A stretch of DNA of 64,000 nt from a virus (lineage: Duplodnaviria > Caudoviricetes). Positions within the stretch are counted from its first letter, which is position 1, and each line of letters begins with the position of its first letter. The notes below the pieces were generated by a model, which saw only the letters and a program-made list of their open reading frames with translations, searched no databases and was not told the DNA's origin. Positions 50,186 through 60,910 of this stretch are shown here, in pieces. A program made the position numbers and the translations under genes. Where the stretch lies: the IMG/VR virus record IMGVR_UViG_3300010163_000001, positions 190,593 to 254,592 of that record; one strand, 5' to 3'.

Positions 50186-50908
50186 TTAATCCACACCATA
50201 ATTTTTAAATAAAATGGAATATTTTCCAAGAATCGATTTTCTCTTAGCTGTATATTCATCTCTGGCTTTCATTGCGTTTAATAAGTTCAACTTAAATTGC
50301 TCAATTGTGAATTCTACATTATCTTTATCTTCAGAAGACAATGTTTCTTTAAAGTCATTTAATTTACCAATTAATGATTGATATAATTCTATTACTTCTT
50401 GGTAGCAATTTACTTTAAGTAGTTCTGCACATGCAAAATCAATACTTTTATAAAGTTCTCCACCAGCACCAATTGTCGCAGTAAATAACTTTTCACCTTG
50501 TACGATTTGATTTTCTCTATGAACAGTCATAAGATATTGCTCTGGATCATCCATAAAAGTCGAAATATCCGATAAAGATTCTTTCGCAAAGAAATCATCA
50601 ATCATATCATCCACAATAAGACTGTATTCATTTCTCATATACCCAAGATACCAATTTTTGAAATCCTCATGATCATATGGATTGTTATCCATCCGATATC
50701 CCAGTTCATATCGATATTCTCTGGCATCTTTTATTTTCTTTTTCTTTATTAAATCTCTTTCTGTTGTAATAAGATGAAGACATTCACGACATACATCGAC
50801 TGGAATAAAATGATTATTTAAAATTTTGTGATATTCTTCTTTAAATTCTCTTTCTTTTCCACAACATGCACATCTTTCTCGTTTTCGAAATACACGACTT
50901 TCAAACAT
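50186..50908 (-). CDS. Hypothetical protein with N-terminal Zn finger
   Basis: CACCG...VCREC followed by a helical domain. Confidence 0.7.
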   Translation of the reverse strand: MFESRVFRKRERCACCGKEREFKEEYHKILNNHFIPVDVCRECLHLITTERDLIKKKKIKDAREYRYELGYRMDNNPYDHEDFKNWYLGYMRNEYSLIVDDMIDDFFAKESLSDISTFMDDPEQYLMTVHRENQIVQGEKLFTATIGAGGELYKSIDFACAELLKVNCYQEVIELYQSLIGKLNDFKETLSSEDKDNVEFTIEQFKLNLLNAMKARDEYTAKRKSILGKYSILFKNYGVD

Positions 50909-50928
50909 AAGGATTTAATACCTCCTTA

Positions 50929-51786
50929 TCAAAGATTCCGCATAATATCAGAAAGTTCCCTACGATATTTATTTTCAGGATAAATTCCTACAATTCCTTC
51001 TCGTGTTCTCATAGAAATCATTCCGTTTTTATTCATAGTTGCAGTTTCCAGTGCAGGATCCATACCATCAATAATTCGATTTACTTTTTCTGATTTTGCC
51101 ACCGTATAGCTTATGAAACTTTCCATAACATTTTCAAATTTGGATTTCTGGCAAATATTACGAACCGGTATGCTTTTATCAATATAAGCTTCTTTGTGAC
51201 TTGGTACATATACCCTATCACTTGTTACATATCTACCAGGCCCAATCTGATCAACTGTTCCATCCGGATTTTTTCTTTGAGGAATAACACTTCTTGTTGA
51301 GAAAGAGACAGGAAGACCTTGAATGATATTCCGTTTAAATTTTTCTCCAGGACCATTTACATCATCCACTGTTTCAACTTCTCCATCTAATCGATTGTCC
51401 GATATCCAATTGAATGATTTGATTACATGAGATACATTATTTGGATCAATCGTAAGGATTCTTTCCATAGTGATTTCTCCAGTTGCTGGAACCGGATGTC
51501 CAGATTCTCCGGGAACTCCGCCTTCTCGGAGTAATTCTTTAATTTCTGGAACTTCCAACATGATACGCATCCATTTAGAAAGCCAAAGTCTTCGATTTCG
51601 ATTTCTACTTCCAAATGTTTGTAAACATGTCTTAAATCTCAGAAAAGATACTCCGTCGCCATTTTTTCCTTCTTTTATAATCTCAAATCCAGCATTGGGT
51701 TCTGTAGCTGACTCGATAACGATGGAATAATCAAGATAATTATCTAATAACATTGAATTCATATTTTTTCCACCTTTCTTATTCAT
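50929..51786 (-). CDS. Prohead (head maturation) protease
   Basis: LQTFGSRNRNRRLW, GESGHP, VSHVI, SFSTRS, TSDRVYVPSH; self-cleavage-type motifs ATE/VME/ALE; true start may be MNSMLL (51762). Confidence 0.85.
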   Translation of the reverse strand: MNKKGGKNMNSMLLDNYLDYSIVIESATEPNAGFEIIKEGKNGDGVSFLRFKTCLQTFGSRNRNRRLWLSKWMRIMLEVPEIKELLREGGVPGESGHPVPATGEITMERILTIDPNNVSHVIKSFNWISDNRLDGEVETVDDVNGPGEKFKRNIIQGLPVSFSTRSVIPQRKNPDGTVDQIGPGRYVTSDRVYVPSHKEAYIDKSIPVRNICQKSKFENVMESFISYTVAKSEKVNRIIDGMDPALETATMNKNGMISMRTREGIVGIYPENKYRRELSDIMRNL

Positions 51787-51877
51787 AATTATTAATAAGT
51801 TTGGTTATGTTCTTTCTTTTTCCCTACTAATTTCGGTACATTTTGATAATTGGAATAAAAATGAAAGGAGATATGAA

Positions 51878-53041
51878 ATGAATAATACCGTATATGAATC
51901 TTTTCATCTATTCGATACATGGGCTGGAAATTCAATGTCTGAAGATGATGCTGATAAAGTAATTATTGGTATAAAGAATACGAAAATGCCAAGACCGACT
52001 AATGTTCCTATTATTAGAGCAGCGGCTACTATTGGATTACCAGAAAATGATTTTGTCAAGTTATCTTCAAGAATTAATGATATTACGAATAAAAACTCGG
52101 TATTGAAAGATACTAATGGACGAATTAAATCATCAGATGATTTATTAAAATGGAACGATCTGAAGTTAAAAACAATTCAGACAGATGAAAATGGAAATTC
52201 TATTCTTTTTTCTGAAAAGACAGGAATGTTTTATGAATATAATAATATGCATAAAAGACCGTTTGGTGAAATGATAAAAGATGGTGTTCCCTATTCTGAT
52301 TTTATGCATAACGTAAAAAGAAAAATAACAAAAGAATTTTATAATCCTGATGATATTGCAACAGAAAAGATTACTACAAATATATTGGAGCCTGGATTAG
52401 GACCAACTATTACTCTCTTTCATGGTTCCGACATAAAATTTGATGTAGTAAAAGCAAACTCTGTAAATATGGGAAATCGACTAGAAAGAAAACAGTTATC
52501 TTCTTTCTGGACAAATAATTTCGAATATGCCGCAATACATTCCGTTGATTGGATTTTTGAAGAGCATGGTGTATTCTATGGACATAGAATCGCAGATGCA
52601 AAAATTATAATTCCCGATGTAGAATATAGTGAAGGGAAAGCCTTTAGAAAAGGAGAATCTAATGGTGGAACTCAAAGTTTGGATTTTATTAGAAAAATCC
52701 TTAAAGGTAAAACCACTTATGTATATGAAGCATCTATTCCTGTTAAGTATGTAGGAAGAGGGCAAGTTCCCATTGATGAATACAGTGTAGATGTGGATGT
52801 TGTCCCGAGTAAAATCCATGAGATAACATACGATTATATAAAAGCAAGAATAGAAATGATGTCATATGAAGATTTCTTAATTGCTAAGAAGAAGGGAATG
52901 TATTCGAAAGATCATATAAATCTTAGAGAAAGAATTATATTTAGAAATCCCAGAAAGACATTATCAAAGCGCGCTAGAAATTATTCAGCGTATCAAAAGA
53001 TGTTGGAAAAGAGGAAATCCTCAGAAGTTCTTCAAGGATAA
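51878..53041 (+). CDS. Putative virion-packaged protein: SUKH/SMI1-like N domain plus ADP-ribosyltransferase-like C domain
   Basis: Late promoter at 51837-51848; IATE site before TLFHGS...SSFWT...YVYEA...DEY. Confidence 0.5.
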   Translation: MNNTVYESFHLFDTWAGNSMSEDDADKVIIGIKNTKMPRPTNVPIIRAAATIGLPENDFVKLSSRINDITNKNSVLKDTNGRIKSSDDLLKWNDLKLKTIQTDENGNSILFSEKTGMFYEYNNMHKRPFGEMIKDGVPYSDFMHNVKRKITKEFYNPDDIATEKITTNILEPGLGPTITLFHGSDIKFDVVKANSVNMGNRLERKQLSSFWTNNFEYAAIHSVDWIFEEHGVFYGHRIADAKIIIPDVEYSEGKAFRKGESNGGTQSLDFIRKILKGKTTYVYEASIPVKYVGRGQVPIDEYSVDVDVVPSKIHEITYDYIKARIEMMSYEDFLIAKKKGMYSKDHINLRERIIFRNPRKTLSKRARNYSAYQKMLEKRKSSEVLQG

Positions 53042-53057
53042 AAAAGGAGGGTAAATA

Positions 53058-54665
53058 ATGACCATAAATAAAATAGAAGAATATATTAAAAAATCGGAAC
53101 CATCTGAATTAGTAGAGTTTTTAAAAGAAAATCCTAATTTAGTATATAAAATGTCGAATATCTTATTTTCAAAATTTTCAACTTTAGAATTAGTACATGA
53201 TGGATGTAATGGCTTTACAGTACAAAATTTAATTGAACTATTGGAATGCTTTTTTAAGAATCGGCCAGATGTCGGGGTGACAGAGTTTAACCTTTTAGAA
53301 GAGTTAGTCCGTCCAATTCCATCTAATACAGAAAAACATGTCATTCTAAATCCAGATGTTTTTAATAAGAATCCAATATTATCTTTGGTTTTATTATTAA
53401 TAGATATGAATGATATTGTAAACGATAAAATTATTCATTGTAATGGATTGGAAAATACAGCAGCTTGCCAATTATATCAGTACATTGTAGATGTATACAT
53501 TCCCACATTAAATCCAGATTTGTTAATTGCTACATTTTGGAGGAATTATAAATTCACAGATGTTATAAAGAATGCCAGTAACACAAACTGGTTTATGAAA
53601 ATATATCAGGAAAATGATTTATCAAAAGAAGTAGATATGAAAGATTTATTATTATTATTTAAATATATTTCTGATATTTATTCTAATCGGGAGATGAAGC
53701 TAGAATTTTTCAAAGAACTTCATTTCAAATTTAAAAAATCTTATAATCCTAGTGAGATTATGTATACAATAGCGAATAGATTTCGTTTCTACTTTAAAGA
53801 AGATACCGAATACATGATTATTGATTTATTGAGGATTGGATTAATTGAAGATATGAATGAATTACAAGATGAATTGGAAGGGTTTCTTGGTAGATTTTTC
53901 CGATATAATTCAAGAGCAAATACTAAAGTTATTGAATGTTTTGTAAGGGATTCTCTCGCATTCTGTATTACAAAATATGGAAAGGCAAAATTTGCAAATC
54001 ATATTTTAAATTTTATAACTGAAAATTGGAATAATCCAAAATACGATGTTGAAATGATTGAATGTGATGATGAAATTTTATTTGCTGATGATAAACCCAT
54101 TACTTATTTGGAAGGTTTGACTTCTTATATTGCAACAGAAGCTGTTCATAAAGATAGTTCTATAATAAATAAAGGAGAACGAAAGATCTATAAGGCATAT
54201 AAAACTTATAAAGATGCAGAAGAAAAAGTAGACAGTCAGATATCAAAAGCACTTAATGGTATGAAAAATGTCATTACTGGAGATACAACATCAGAAATAA
54301 TTGAAGGAAAGAAATTTTCTGCAATTGGGTTATTAAAGAAATTACTTACAACCGTAGCGATTTTCTCTTATAGTAAAATCGCAGGAGTAATTGCATTAGT
54401 TGTACGTTATGCTTTGAAGAAAAAAACTAAAGATGCAGAACGAAGTAAGATCTTAATGGAATTAGAAACTGAGATTGAAATGATAACAGAAAAAATCGAA
54501 GATGCAAAAGGAGACGATAATCGAGAAGCAAAATATTCTATGATGCGAACGAAAAAAGAATTAGAAACTGCATATAAGAGAATATCACTTGGATTGGATG
54601 CAGATAAGAAGAGTAAAGATAAGGCGTTAGCTACAATAAACGCTTCCCGTAAAGGAAAATTATAA
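53058..54665 (+). CDS. Putative processed internal head protein
   Basis: YIATE site followed by a basic helical domain with a hydrophobic hairpin. Confidence 0.55.
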   Translation: MTINKIEEYIKKSEPSELVEFLKENPNLVYKMSNILFSKFSTLELVHDGCNGFTVQNLIELLECFFKNRPDVGVTEFNLLEELVRPIPSNTEKHVILNPDVFNKNPILSLVLLLIDMNDIVNDKIIHCNGLENTAACQLYQYIVDVYIPTLNPDLLIATFWRNYKFTDVIKNASNTNWFMKIYQENDLSKEVDMKDLLLLFKYISDIYSNREMKLEFFKELHFKFKKSYNPSEIMYTIANRFRFYFKEDTEYMIIDLLRIGLIEDMNELQDELEGFLGRFFRYNSRANTKVIECFVRDSLAFCITKYGKAKFANHILNFITENWNNPKYDVEMIECDDEILFADDKPITYLEGLTSYIATEAVHKDSSIINKGERKIYKAYKTYKDAEEKVDSQISKALNGMKNVITGDTTSEIIEGKKFSAIGLLKKLLTTVAIFSYSKIAGVIALVVRYALKKKTKDAERSKILMELETEIEMITEKIEDAKGDDNREAKYSMMRTKKELETAYKRISLGLDADKKSKDKALATINASRKGKL

Positions 54666-54680
54666 AGGCGGTGAATAAAA

Positions 54681-55427
54681 ATGAATGAGTTTGCAAAAAA
54701 TGGAGATTATGTTGTATTAAATGCTCCATATGCAGAAGCATATATTCCTCAAAGTATAGTTGGAGATCCCCAGAAAGGAAAACCAGTTGCATATAATTAT
54801 GGAGATGGGTTTCACACAACTGGTTTATTTAATATTAAATTCTTTAAATCGGATGATGACCCAAGAGACTCTGCGAAATTAAGAGTTTTCAATTATCCAA
54901 ATGCTTTAACAATGTATCCTACATCAAAAGAACTTGTTACATTGAAATTAAGTGAAGATATGGATGAAGACAAATATGTTGTTCTTAAATTTTATAAGGG
55001 TGACATTATAATGAATAAAAAGATTCAAAAAGGAAGTAGGAATTGCGAAGATTTCATGGACCTTTTAATTAAAGGAAAGCTTCCAAAGGGTTTAGATTAT
55101 GAATCTTTATACTATGCATGGGTAAAGAACTTGGAAATAAATGCAGTGGATCCAGGTGTTCCTCTTGTTACTTTACAATTAGTTATATCAGAGAATTGTA
55201 GATCAATTGATGATCCGATGAAACAATTCCGAAAAGTAATAAACGATGATGGGGTTGCTTCTACAGATTATAAGGTTCATAATATGGTAGATATTTGTAG
55301 CAATAACTCTGTTATGAATGCATTGACATTTGAAAGATTTGGAGAAATGTTGACAAGTTCCTTAAATATGTCAAAATCAGGAGTAAAGCAATCTACTTCT
55401 CCATTAGAGGTTGTATTAAGTATTTAA
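54681..55427 (+). CDS. Probable split RNA polymerase beta-prime C-terminal fragment
   Basis: LQLVISENCR...NSVMNALTFERFGEMLTSSL...SPLE resembles the beta-prime C-terminal region (aS F E/Q motif). Confidence 0.5.
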   Translation: MNEFAKNGDYVVLNAPYAEAYIPQSIVGDPQKGKPVAYNYGDGFHTTGLFNIKFFKSDDDPRDSAKLRVFNYPNALTMYPTSKELVTLKLSEDMDEDKYVVLKFYKGDIIMNKKIQKGSRNCEDFMDLLIKGKLPKGLDYESLYYAWVKNLEINAVDPGVPLVTLQLVISENCRSIDDPMKQFRKVINDDGVASTDYKVHNMVDICSNNSVMNALTFERFGEMLTSSLNMSKSGVKQSTSPLEVVLSI

Positions 55428-55502
55428 TATATTATGACATATGGATAAGGTAACTCATATTTCAAAACGGAATTTGAAATACTTTACCCTCCTACATTAT
55501 TA

Positions 55503-55545
55503 AAAATATTACCCCATGTGAATTTATCACATGGGGTAATATTTT
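55503..55545. terminator. Bidirectional terminator
   Basis: AAAATATTACCCCATGTGA-attta-TCACATGGGGTAATATTTT. Confidence 0.75.
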
Positions 55546-56011
55546 ATTTATTTTTGTTCTGATTGTTGTTTTGATTAGATTGTTGCTGCTTGTACTGATT
55601 TTTCAAATCTTTCTTTCTCTGCTTATCGGATTTATTGTTAGAATTATTCTGGTTGGTCTGACCAGTATTTGTCACACCATTAAAAACAACCTGCTGTACA
55701 TCATTATTCGGCACATTATTATTTACTGCAGGTGCTGGGTCAATCTCCGGTTCCTGATGAGAGAACTCCTCTTTTTTAGGTTCATTAACAATCTCCGGTT
55801 TTCTAAAAACGTTTTGAATCGTTAATTTTGTAACTTCCTTTGTTACAGGATCGACTTCAAATACGTCAATTCCGGAAACAATCATAGAATATGCAACATC
55901 TCTTGATATTTTAATTGGATTCGGAATTGGACCTTGCATTCCGAGCTGTGAAATGTAACCAGCTTTAATCACCCTAACCCAAACCATATCACTTTTATTA
56001 TTTTTTGCCAT
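55544..56011 (-). CDS. Hypothetical protein with N/Q-rich tail
   Basis: GAGG RBS before MAKNNK at 56011. Confidence 0.7.
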   Translation of the reverse strand: MAKNNKSDMVWVRVIKAGYISQLGMQGPIPNPIKISRDVAYSMIVSGIDVFEVDPVTKEVTKLTIQNVFRKPEIVNEPKKEEFSHQEPEIDPAPAVNNNVPNNDVQQVVFNGVTNTGQTNQNNSNNKSDKQRKKDLKNQYKQQQSNQNNNQNKNK

Positions 56012-56030
56012 TTTTGATTCCTCCTTTAAT

Positions 56031-57368
56031 TTATCCTTCATAACCAGCCGGGTATTTAACAAATACTCGATACTGTTTATCAAAATTTCTTTTTGCTAAC
56101 ACTGCTTGTCTCATGCTTTCTAGTTCTTTTAACATAGATTGCATCTTTCCATAATATTTATCCTTTAACTCATTATTATATTCACAGAGTTCTAAGAAGT
56201 GTTCAATCTTTTCCTCTTGAGTATAAATTAAATCCAATACATATCTTCTATCTGCATGATTTTGGATACGATCCACTTCTACAAAGATTGTATCTACATC
56301 TAACTGAGAAGGAATTTCATCTTTCTTTTTCTTTCCGAATGCTTCTGTTGCAATGGCTCGTTGTGCACAATCTCTTAAAGAATGCCAATTCCTTTCCATG
56401 TTACTGAATTTCTTCATATCATAGTATAATCTATACGTGTCTAAAAACTCATTATCACTAAAGTCAATTGTTAAGGATGATTCCAATACTACATTTCCTG
56501 TATACTTTTCAATCTTTCTAATCTCAAGTTTGTTCATGATATCCTGAATCATTTCTTTGATATAAATACTATACGTATGTTTTCCAGTTGAATATAGTTC
56601 ATCTTTCAATTTTTCTTTTCTACGAGCAAGATCTTTTACATTTAAATTACACCAATCCATAGATGTCTCCAACTCATTTTCCATATGAGTTTCGGTTTGA
56701 TATCCATTACTTCCACATGTTTTTATAATTTTGGAATAAGCAGAAATAAGATGTTCTCCATATCCGAGCTTCTGTACAGATTGATCTGCAAACATTTCTT
56801 CTCGTAAATCGATAGATGTAACTTTCCACTCTCTCATCCCGCATAAAAGGGTTAATGGAATAAGATAAAGTGTATATACTGCTTTTGCCCCTTCCTTATC
56901 TGCAGATGATAATCGCAATCTACAATCACGGTAGACTCTACAGAACATTTCAATCTTTTTGTCAGAATAAACTGTATGCCCTATTTCATGAAGTAACATT
57001 GCAGTCATTTCCTGCGGATTGAAATTGATCATATTTCTGTCAAAGATACGAGAATCTATTTCAATATCCCAATCGGTTATATTCTTCCATCTATCACACA
57101 AATTCTTCAATGATTTAATTTCGTCTGATGATCTGGTGATAGAACTTATATAACTCATAATAGCACTTCTTCTAGGAAAAATTCTCATTCCGAAAAATGG
57201 TTCCTGTCCATAATTTCGTATATATATGATATTGATTTTGAATAGTTTTCCATTTGATAAAGATCCTAAAATAGATCCAACATTTTTACAAAATCTGGTT
57301 TCATCTAAAGTCTCCATGTAATTAGCAAATTCGTCATCTAATAAGGATACTTTTTTACTTACATCCAC
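56031..57368 (-). CDS. Virion protein with zincin metallopeptidase motif
   Basis: MLLHEIGH plus EEMFAD; VLE and ATE cleavage-type motifs; late promoter at 57402-57413. Confidence 0.65.
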   Translation of the reverse strand: MDVSKKVSLLDDEFANYMETLDETRFCKNVGSILGSLSNGKLFKINIIYIRNYGQEPFFGMRIFPRRSAIMSYISSITRSSDEIKSLKNLCDRWKNITDWDIEIDSRIFDRNMINFNPQEMTAMLLHEIGHTVYSDKKIEMFCRVYRDCRLRLSSADKEGAKAVYTLYLIPLTLLCGMREWKVTSIDLREEMFADQSVQKLGYGEHLISAYSKIIKTCGSNGYQTETHMENELETSMDWCNLNVKDLARRKEKLKDELYSTGKHTYSIYIKEMIQDIMNKLEIRKIEKYTGNVVLESSLTIDFSDNEFLDTYRLYYDMKKFSNMERNWHSLRDCAQRAIATEAFGKKKKDEIPSQLDVDTIFVEVDRIQNHADRRYVLDLIYTQEEKIEHFLELCEYNNELKDKYYGKMQSMLKELESMRQAVLAKRNFDKQYRVFVKYPAGYEG

Positions 57369-57462
57369 GCGAAATTCACCTCCATTAAATTTATTTAAAT
57401 TTATACGTTTGTTTTACAGGATAGCTAAATTACATAAAAAAAGATGGGGTTGATCCAGTAGA

Positions 57463-57738
57463 TCAACTCCATCCTCTCTCCGATATATTGCTCAAATATA
57501 GTCTTGATAAAGCCCGTTGCATAAGCGGTAGAGTAATAGCGTATACTAACAAAGCTATTAACATAACAATAGTAATCAATATAATATATTTCCTTAATTG
57601 AGTAATGACATTTGTAGCCATTAGGGCAGCATAAAATATTGCCCAACATACAAAGGAGATGGTATGCAAGGTTTTGAAAATTACATACTGTCTCTCAAGT
57701 TTTTTAATTTTATTCTGTTTCTTTTTGTTTTCTTTCAT
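57463..57738 (-). CDS. Small two-TM membrane protein
   Basis: Two hydrophobic stretches. Confidence 0.65.
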   Translation of the reverse strand: MKENKKKQNKIKKLERQYVIFKTLHTISFVCWAIFYAALMATNVITQLRKYIILITIVMLIALLVYAITLPLMQRALSRLYLSNISERGWS

Positions 57739-58250
57739 CTTTTTTTTACCTTTTCTCCATACGGATCTTTTATTAATTCAGTGATAATATCAAAAATAAT
57801 ATTTTTAAACTCAGGCATAAATCCAATAAGTAATTCTTTATCTTTTGTCACTCTAACATATGCTATTCCGGGTTCTTTTCCGACAGTTCCTTCAAAGCTG
57901 GATTTTATGATATTAATTTCGTCATTTTTTATATAAAGCTTAATTATAAATTCCTGAGTAAAATTTATTGATTCTTGATCATCAGAGAATTTCTTTATAC
58001 TCGCTTTGTCATAAAATCTAATGCTTACAATATAGATTTTCTTTTCATTTTCTACATATGAAGAAATGAAAGCTCCGGATAATGCGTTAAATGGCTCTGC
58101 ATCATCATTAAGAATAAAAGCGTGTGTCATTTTTAACCCATACACATACCTATCTTCAATATATATATGATCAGGGTCAACGTTATAACATTTGGCAAGC
58201 TCTTTTTTTATTTTCTTCATTGGATCAGAAGTTACTGTATTTCCACTCAT
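57735..58250 (-). CDS. Hypothetical protein, paralog of 58269..58793
   Basis: Shared GAFI, FTQ.FI..LY and GTVGKE.GIAY motifs. Confidence 0.75.
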   Translation of the reverse strand: MSGNTVTSDPMKKIKKELAKCYNVDPDHIYIEDRYVYGLKMTHAFILNDDAEPFNALSGAFISSYVENEKKIYIVSIRFYDKASIKKFSDDQESINFTQEFIIKLYIKNDEINIIKSSFEGTVGKEPGIAYVRVTKDKELLIGFMPEFKNIIFDIITELIKDPYGEKVKKR

Positions 58251-58268
58251 TTTATTTTTTCATCCTTT

Positions 58269-58793
58269 TTACGTATTCCTTATCAATTCTGTAATAAGAT
58301 CCGAAAAAGCATCTAAATATTTTGGAATAATTCCAACCGAGACATCTGCTGATTCGGACACCTGAATATATGCTATTCCAAGTTCTTTTCCGACAGTTCC
58401 CGCAAAATAACTTTTATCAAGTTGAAGTTCTCCCTGCCGCACATATAATTCCAATATGAACTTCTGTGTAAAGTCTCTTTCACCATCTTTACTATGGAAA
58501 AATTCTTCTATTTCAGAAGTACATACACAACCTATCATAACAACATATTTCATTTCTCCTTCAGGATCATCTTTTCCTTTGGAATCATCGGGAAATGAAT
58601 CTATAAATGCTCCTGTAAAGACCATGTGTGGAAATTCTGATTCATCACTGTCCTCGTATACGAGGACAGTGATTGTTTTTTTATTTAAAATCTCGTTTAT
58701 TTTACATATTATTTGAGTATTATCAACACCCAAACAACTGGCAAATGAATTTTTAATTTTTATCGTTGGATCAAATTCTTTAATGTCCATCAT
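58269..58793 (-). CDS. Hypothetical protein, paralog of 57735..58250
   Basis: Shared GAFI, FTQ.FI..LY and GTVGKE.GIAY motifs. Confidence 0.75.
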   Translation of the reverse strand: MMDIKEFDPTIKIKNSFASCLGVDNTQIICKINEILNKKTITVLVYEDSDESEFPHMVFTGAFIDSFPDDSKGKDDPEGEMKYVVMIGCVCTSEIEEFFHSKDGERDFTQKFILELYVRQGELQLDKSYFAGTVGKELGIAYIQVSESADVSVGIIPKYLDAFSDLITELIRNT

Positions 58794-59542
58794 TTTCCTC
58801 CTTCTATCATTCCATATGGTGTGTATTCTATTATTTTATGCCCCCTTCTTCGTACATAATCAAACCATCCACTGTAATACTGTTTATTATCCACCTTCTC
58901 CCAGTGTAATGATTTATCATACATCCTTTTAGCTAACTCCAGATCATTCTTTCCTATTAAGTTATAGAATGTACATATTCCAGTCATCAAGGAATTTATT
59001 TCACATGTGCAGTCTACCAAATCACCAACTTTAAGATTCTCCATTCCTTTTCCATAATGGTATAAGCAACAATCAGCGACATCAGTGAAATCTTTAGGTT
59101 TTTCCAAAAGAATTGTATGAATTTTAATTAAATTTGGATTCCATAAACTATACACCAAATCCGATGTGATATGTGTTACCACTAATGTCCCGCCTCCAGC
59201 TCCATCAACATGACCACAAGAATAATCTTCTGGTACCTCCTCTCTAGTAATTTCTTCTATTATAATATTAACACGTTCTTCTTTTGGACAACAGTTATAT
59301 CCATGCCGGTATATATGATTCCAAAATGCAGTTAAACAATCAGAAACACTATTTCCAAGATAATAATATTTATCATGAAAACATACTTCTCCTTTCCGCC
59401 ACCATGGCATATGGGTTTCCTCATTTATTGAATTACAGTCATATCTGTATTCTGTTCTGAAATTAACTGTAAATTTGGTTCTCATTTTAATAACATTCGT
59501 CGTCGTCTTCATAGTCTTCATAATATTCACGTTCCCTTTCAC
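58790..59542 (-). CDS. Hypothetical protein
   Basis: 250-aa ORF in operon; exact start uncertain. Confidence 0.7.
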   Translation of the reverse strand: MKGNVNIMKTMKTTTNVIKMRTKFTVNFRTEYRYDCNSINEETHMPWWRKGEVCFHDKYYYLGNSVSDCLTAFWNHIYRHGYNCCPKEERVNIIIEEITREEVPEDYSCGHVDGAGGGTLVVTHITSDLVYSLWNPNLIKIHTILLEKPKDFTDVADCCLYHYGKGMENLKVGDLVDCTCEINSLMTGICTFYNLIGKNDLELAKRMYDKSLHWEKVDNKQYYSGWFDYVRRRGHKIIEYTPYGMIEGGK

Positions 59543-60131
59543 TTTGATAAAATTCCTCTTCTAACCGCTCTTCTTCTTCAGCACGATCAATCATCAACTG
59601 TTCAATATCAAAAATCTTGTGAAATTTATTTGGAAAAAATGCATGTTTATATACAGAATATGAAGAATGTGATGAATACGTATACCAATTATCTGTATAT
59701 ATAATGAATCCACCAAACGGCAAAAATCGGATTTGATCTCCCACATTTATAATTAATGATTTGTCAATACCCGTGTTTAAACCAATTACTGGCTTCATGC
59801 TAAGCCAATTTTCGAATGGATTGTTATTATTTCCACTCTCATAGTCAGTTAAAATCCGATGTTTCTTTACGCCGATCGCTTGTTCATTTACAAATAACTT
59901 ATGCTTTCTTTTATAATTACGATCACCATCCGCATCAACAAATGGCACGGCATATGATCGTATTTGAATCATACTCTGTATGCATTCAGATTTCCAGTCA
60001 TCTTTATCAGAGCAGCATGAATACCTCTCTATCATATAATAATGATCAGTAGATTTTTTAATCTGCTCCATGATTTCTTCATAATTCTTCAATGTAACAA
60101 TAACTTTCTTAAATAAATTCATTTTCTTCAT
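59487..60131 (-). CDS. Hypothetical protein
   Basis: 214 aa with AGGAG RBS and acidic tail. Confidence 0.7.
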   Translation of the reverse strand: MKKMNLFKKVIVTLKNYEEIMEQIKKSTDHYYMIERYSCCSDKDDWKSECIQSMIQIRSYAVPFVDADGDRNYKRKHKLFVNEQAIGVKKHRILTDYESGNNNNPFENWLSMKPVIGLNTGIDKSLIINVGDQIRFLPFGGFIIYTDNWYTYSSHSSYSVYKHAFFPNKFHKIFDIEQLMIDRAEEEERLEEEFYQSEREREYYEDYEDDDECY

Positions 60132-60158
60132 AATAGTATTTTCTCCTTTTTTATAATA

Positions 60159-60896
60159 TTATAATAATAAAAATTCTTCCTCTGCCCACCATAAAATGTA
60201 TATTCTAAGGGCTGTCATAATGTTTATCACAATTAAAATTAAAGATATCCACATAGATAATGACAAACCATCAGAATTTGAGCTGTTTAACCAAGTGATA
60301 AAATGACGTACTAATAACATACTAATTGTAAAAAGTACATCAATAGATACGCAATGTTGGATTTTTCGATTTAACCAGTCATTCTTTCTGTCTTTCAATC
60401 TTTTATTTAACATACGACAGATAATATATTCACTGATTGATAAAATTATTAGATCAGAGAATTCATTACATAAATCACTTTCATTTGGAAAGGGACGTAT
60501 TACAATATTCCCTTCATCCTTAAAGACGTTGTGACATTCTCCAATACATTTAAACATAGATGGCGTTATATCCATCAGTGTCACAATTTCTTTTCGACCT
60601 GTTGTTTCGTCGAAATGACTCGAAAGTATTTCCCCTGTTTCTAACATAAATATTTTCTGATCTATGACAAGAGACTTTTTATTATTCCAATAAATTTGTG
60701 TAAAGCCAATAATAAACGTATCATCTCGTATCATGACATCTGTTTGAAAAAGACTGTTATTTTTGAGTCCTTCATTTACGTATGAGACATTATATTCATT
60801 AATGTCATATATTTTCGTTTCACCTCCTATTATTTTAGATATTCTTTTAAGGATATAATTATTATTACCCCAAGTTAATAAATCGTCATCATACAT
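60159..60896 (-). CDS. Membrane protein with two C-terminal TM helices
   Basis: Hydrophobic C-terminal segments. Confidence 0.7.
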   Translation of the reverse strand: MYDDDLLTWGNNNYILKRISKIIGGETKIYDINEYNVSYVNEGLKNNSLFQTDVMIRDDTFIIGFTQIYWNNKKSLVIDQKIFMLETGEILSSHFDETTGRKEIVTLMDITPSMFKCIGECHNVFKDEGNIVIRPFPNESDLCNEFSDLIILSISEYIICRMLNKRLKDRKNDWLNRKIQHCVSIDVLFTISMLLVRHFITWLNSSNSDGLSLSMWISLILIVINIMTALRIYILWWAEEEFLLL

Positions 60897-60910
60897 CTTA
60901 AATCCTTTCT

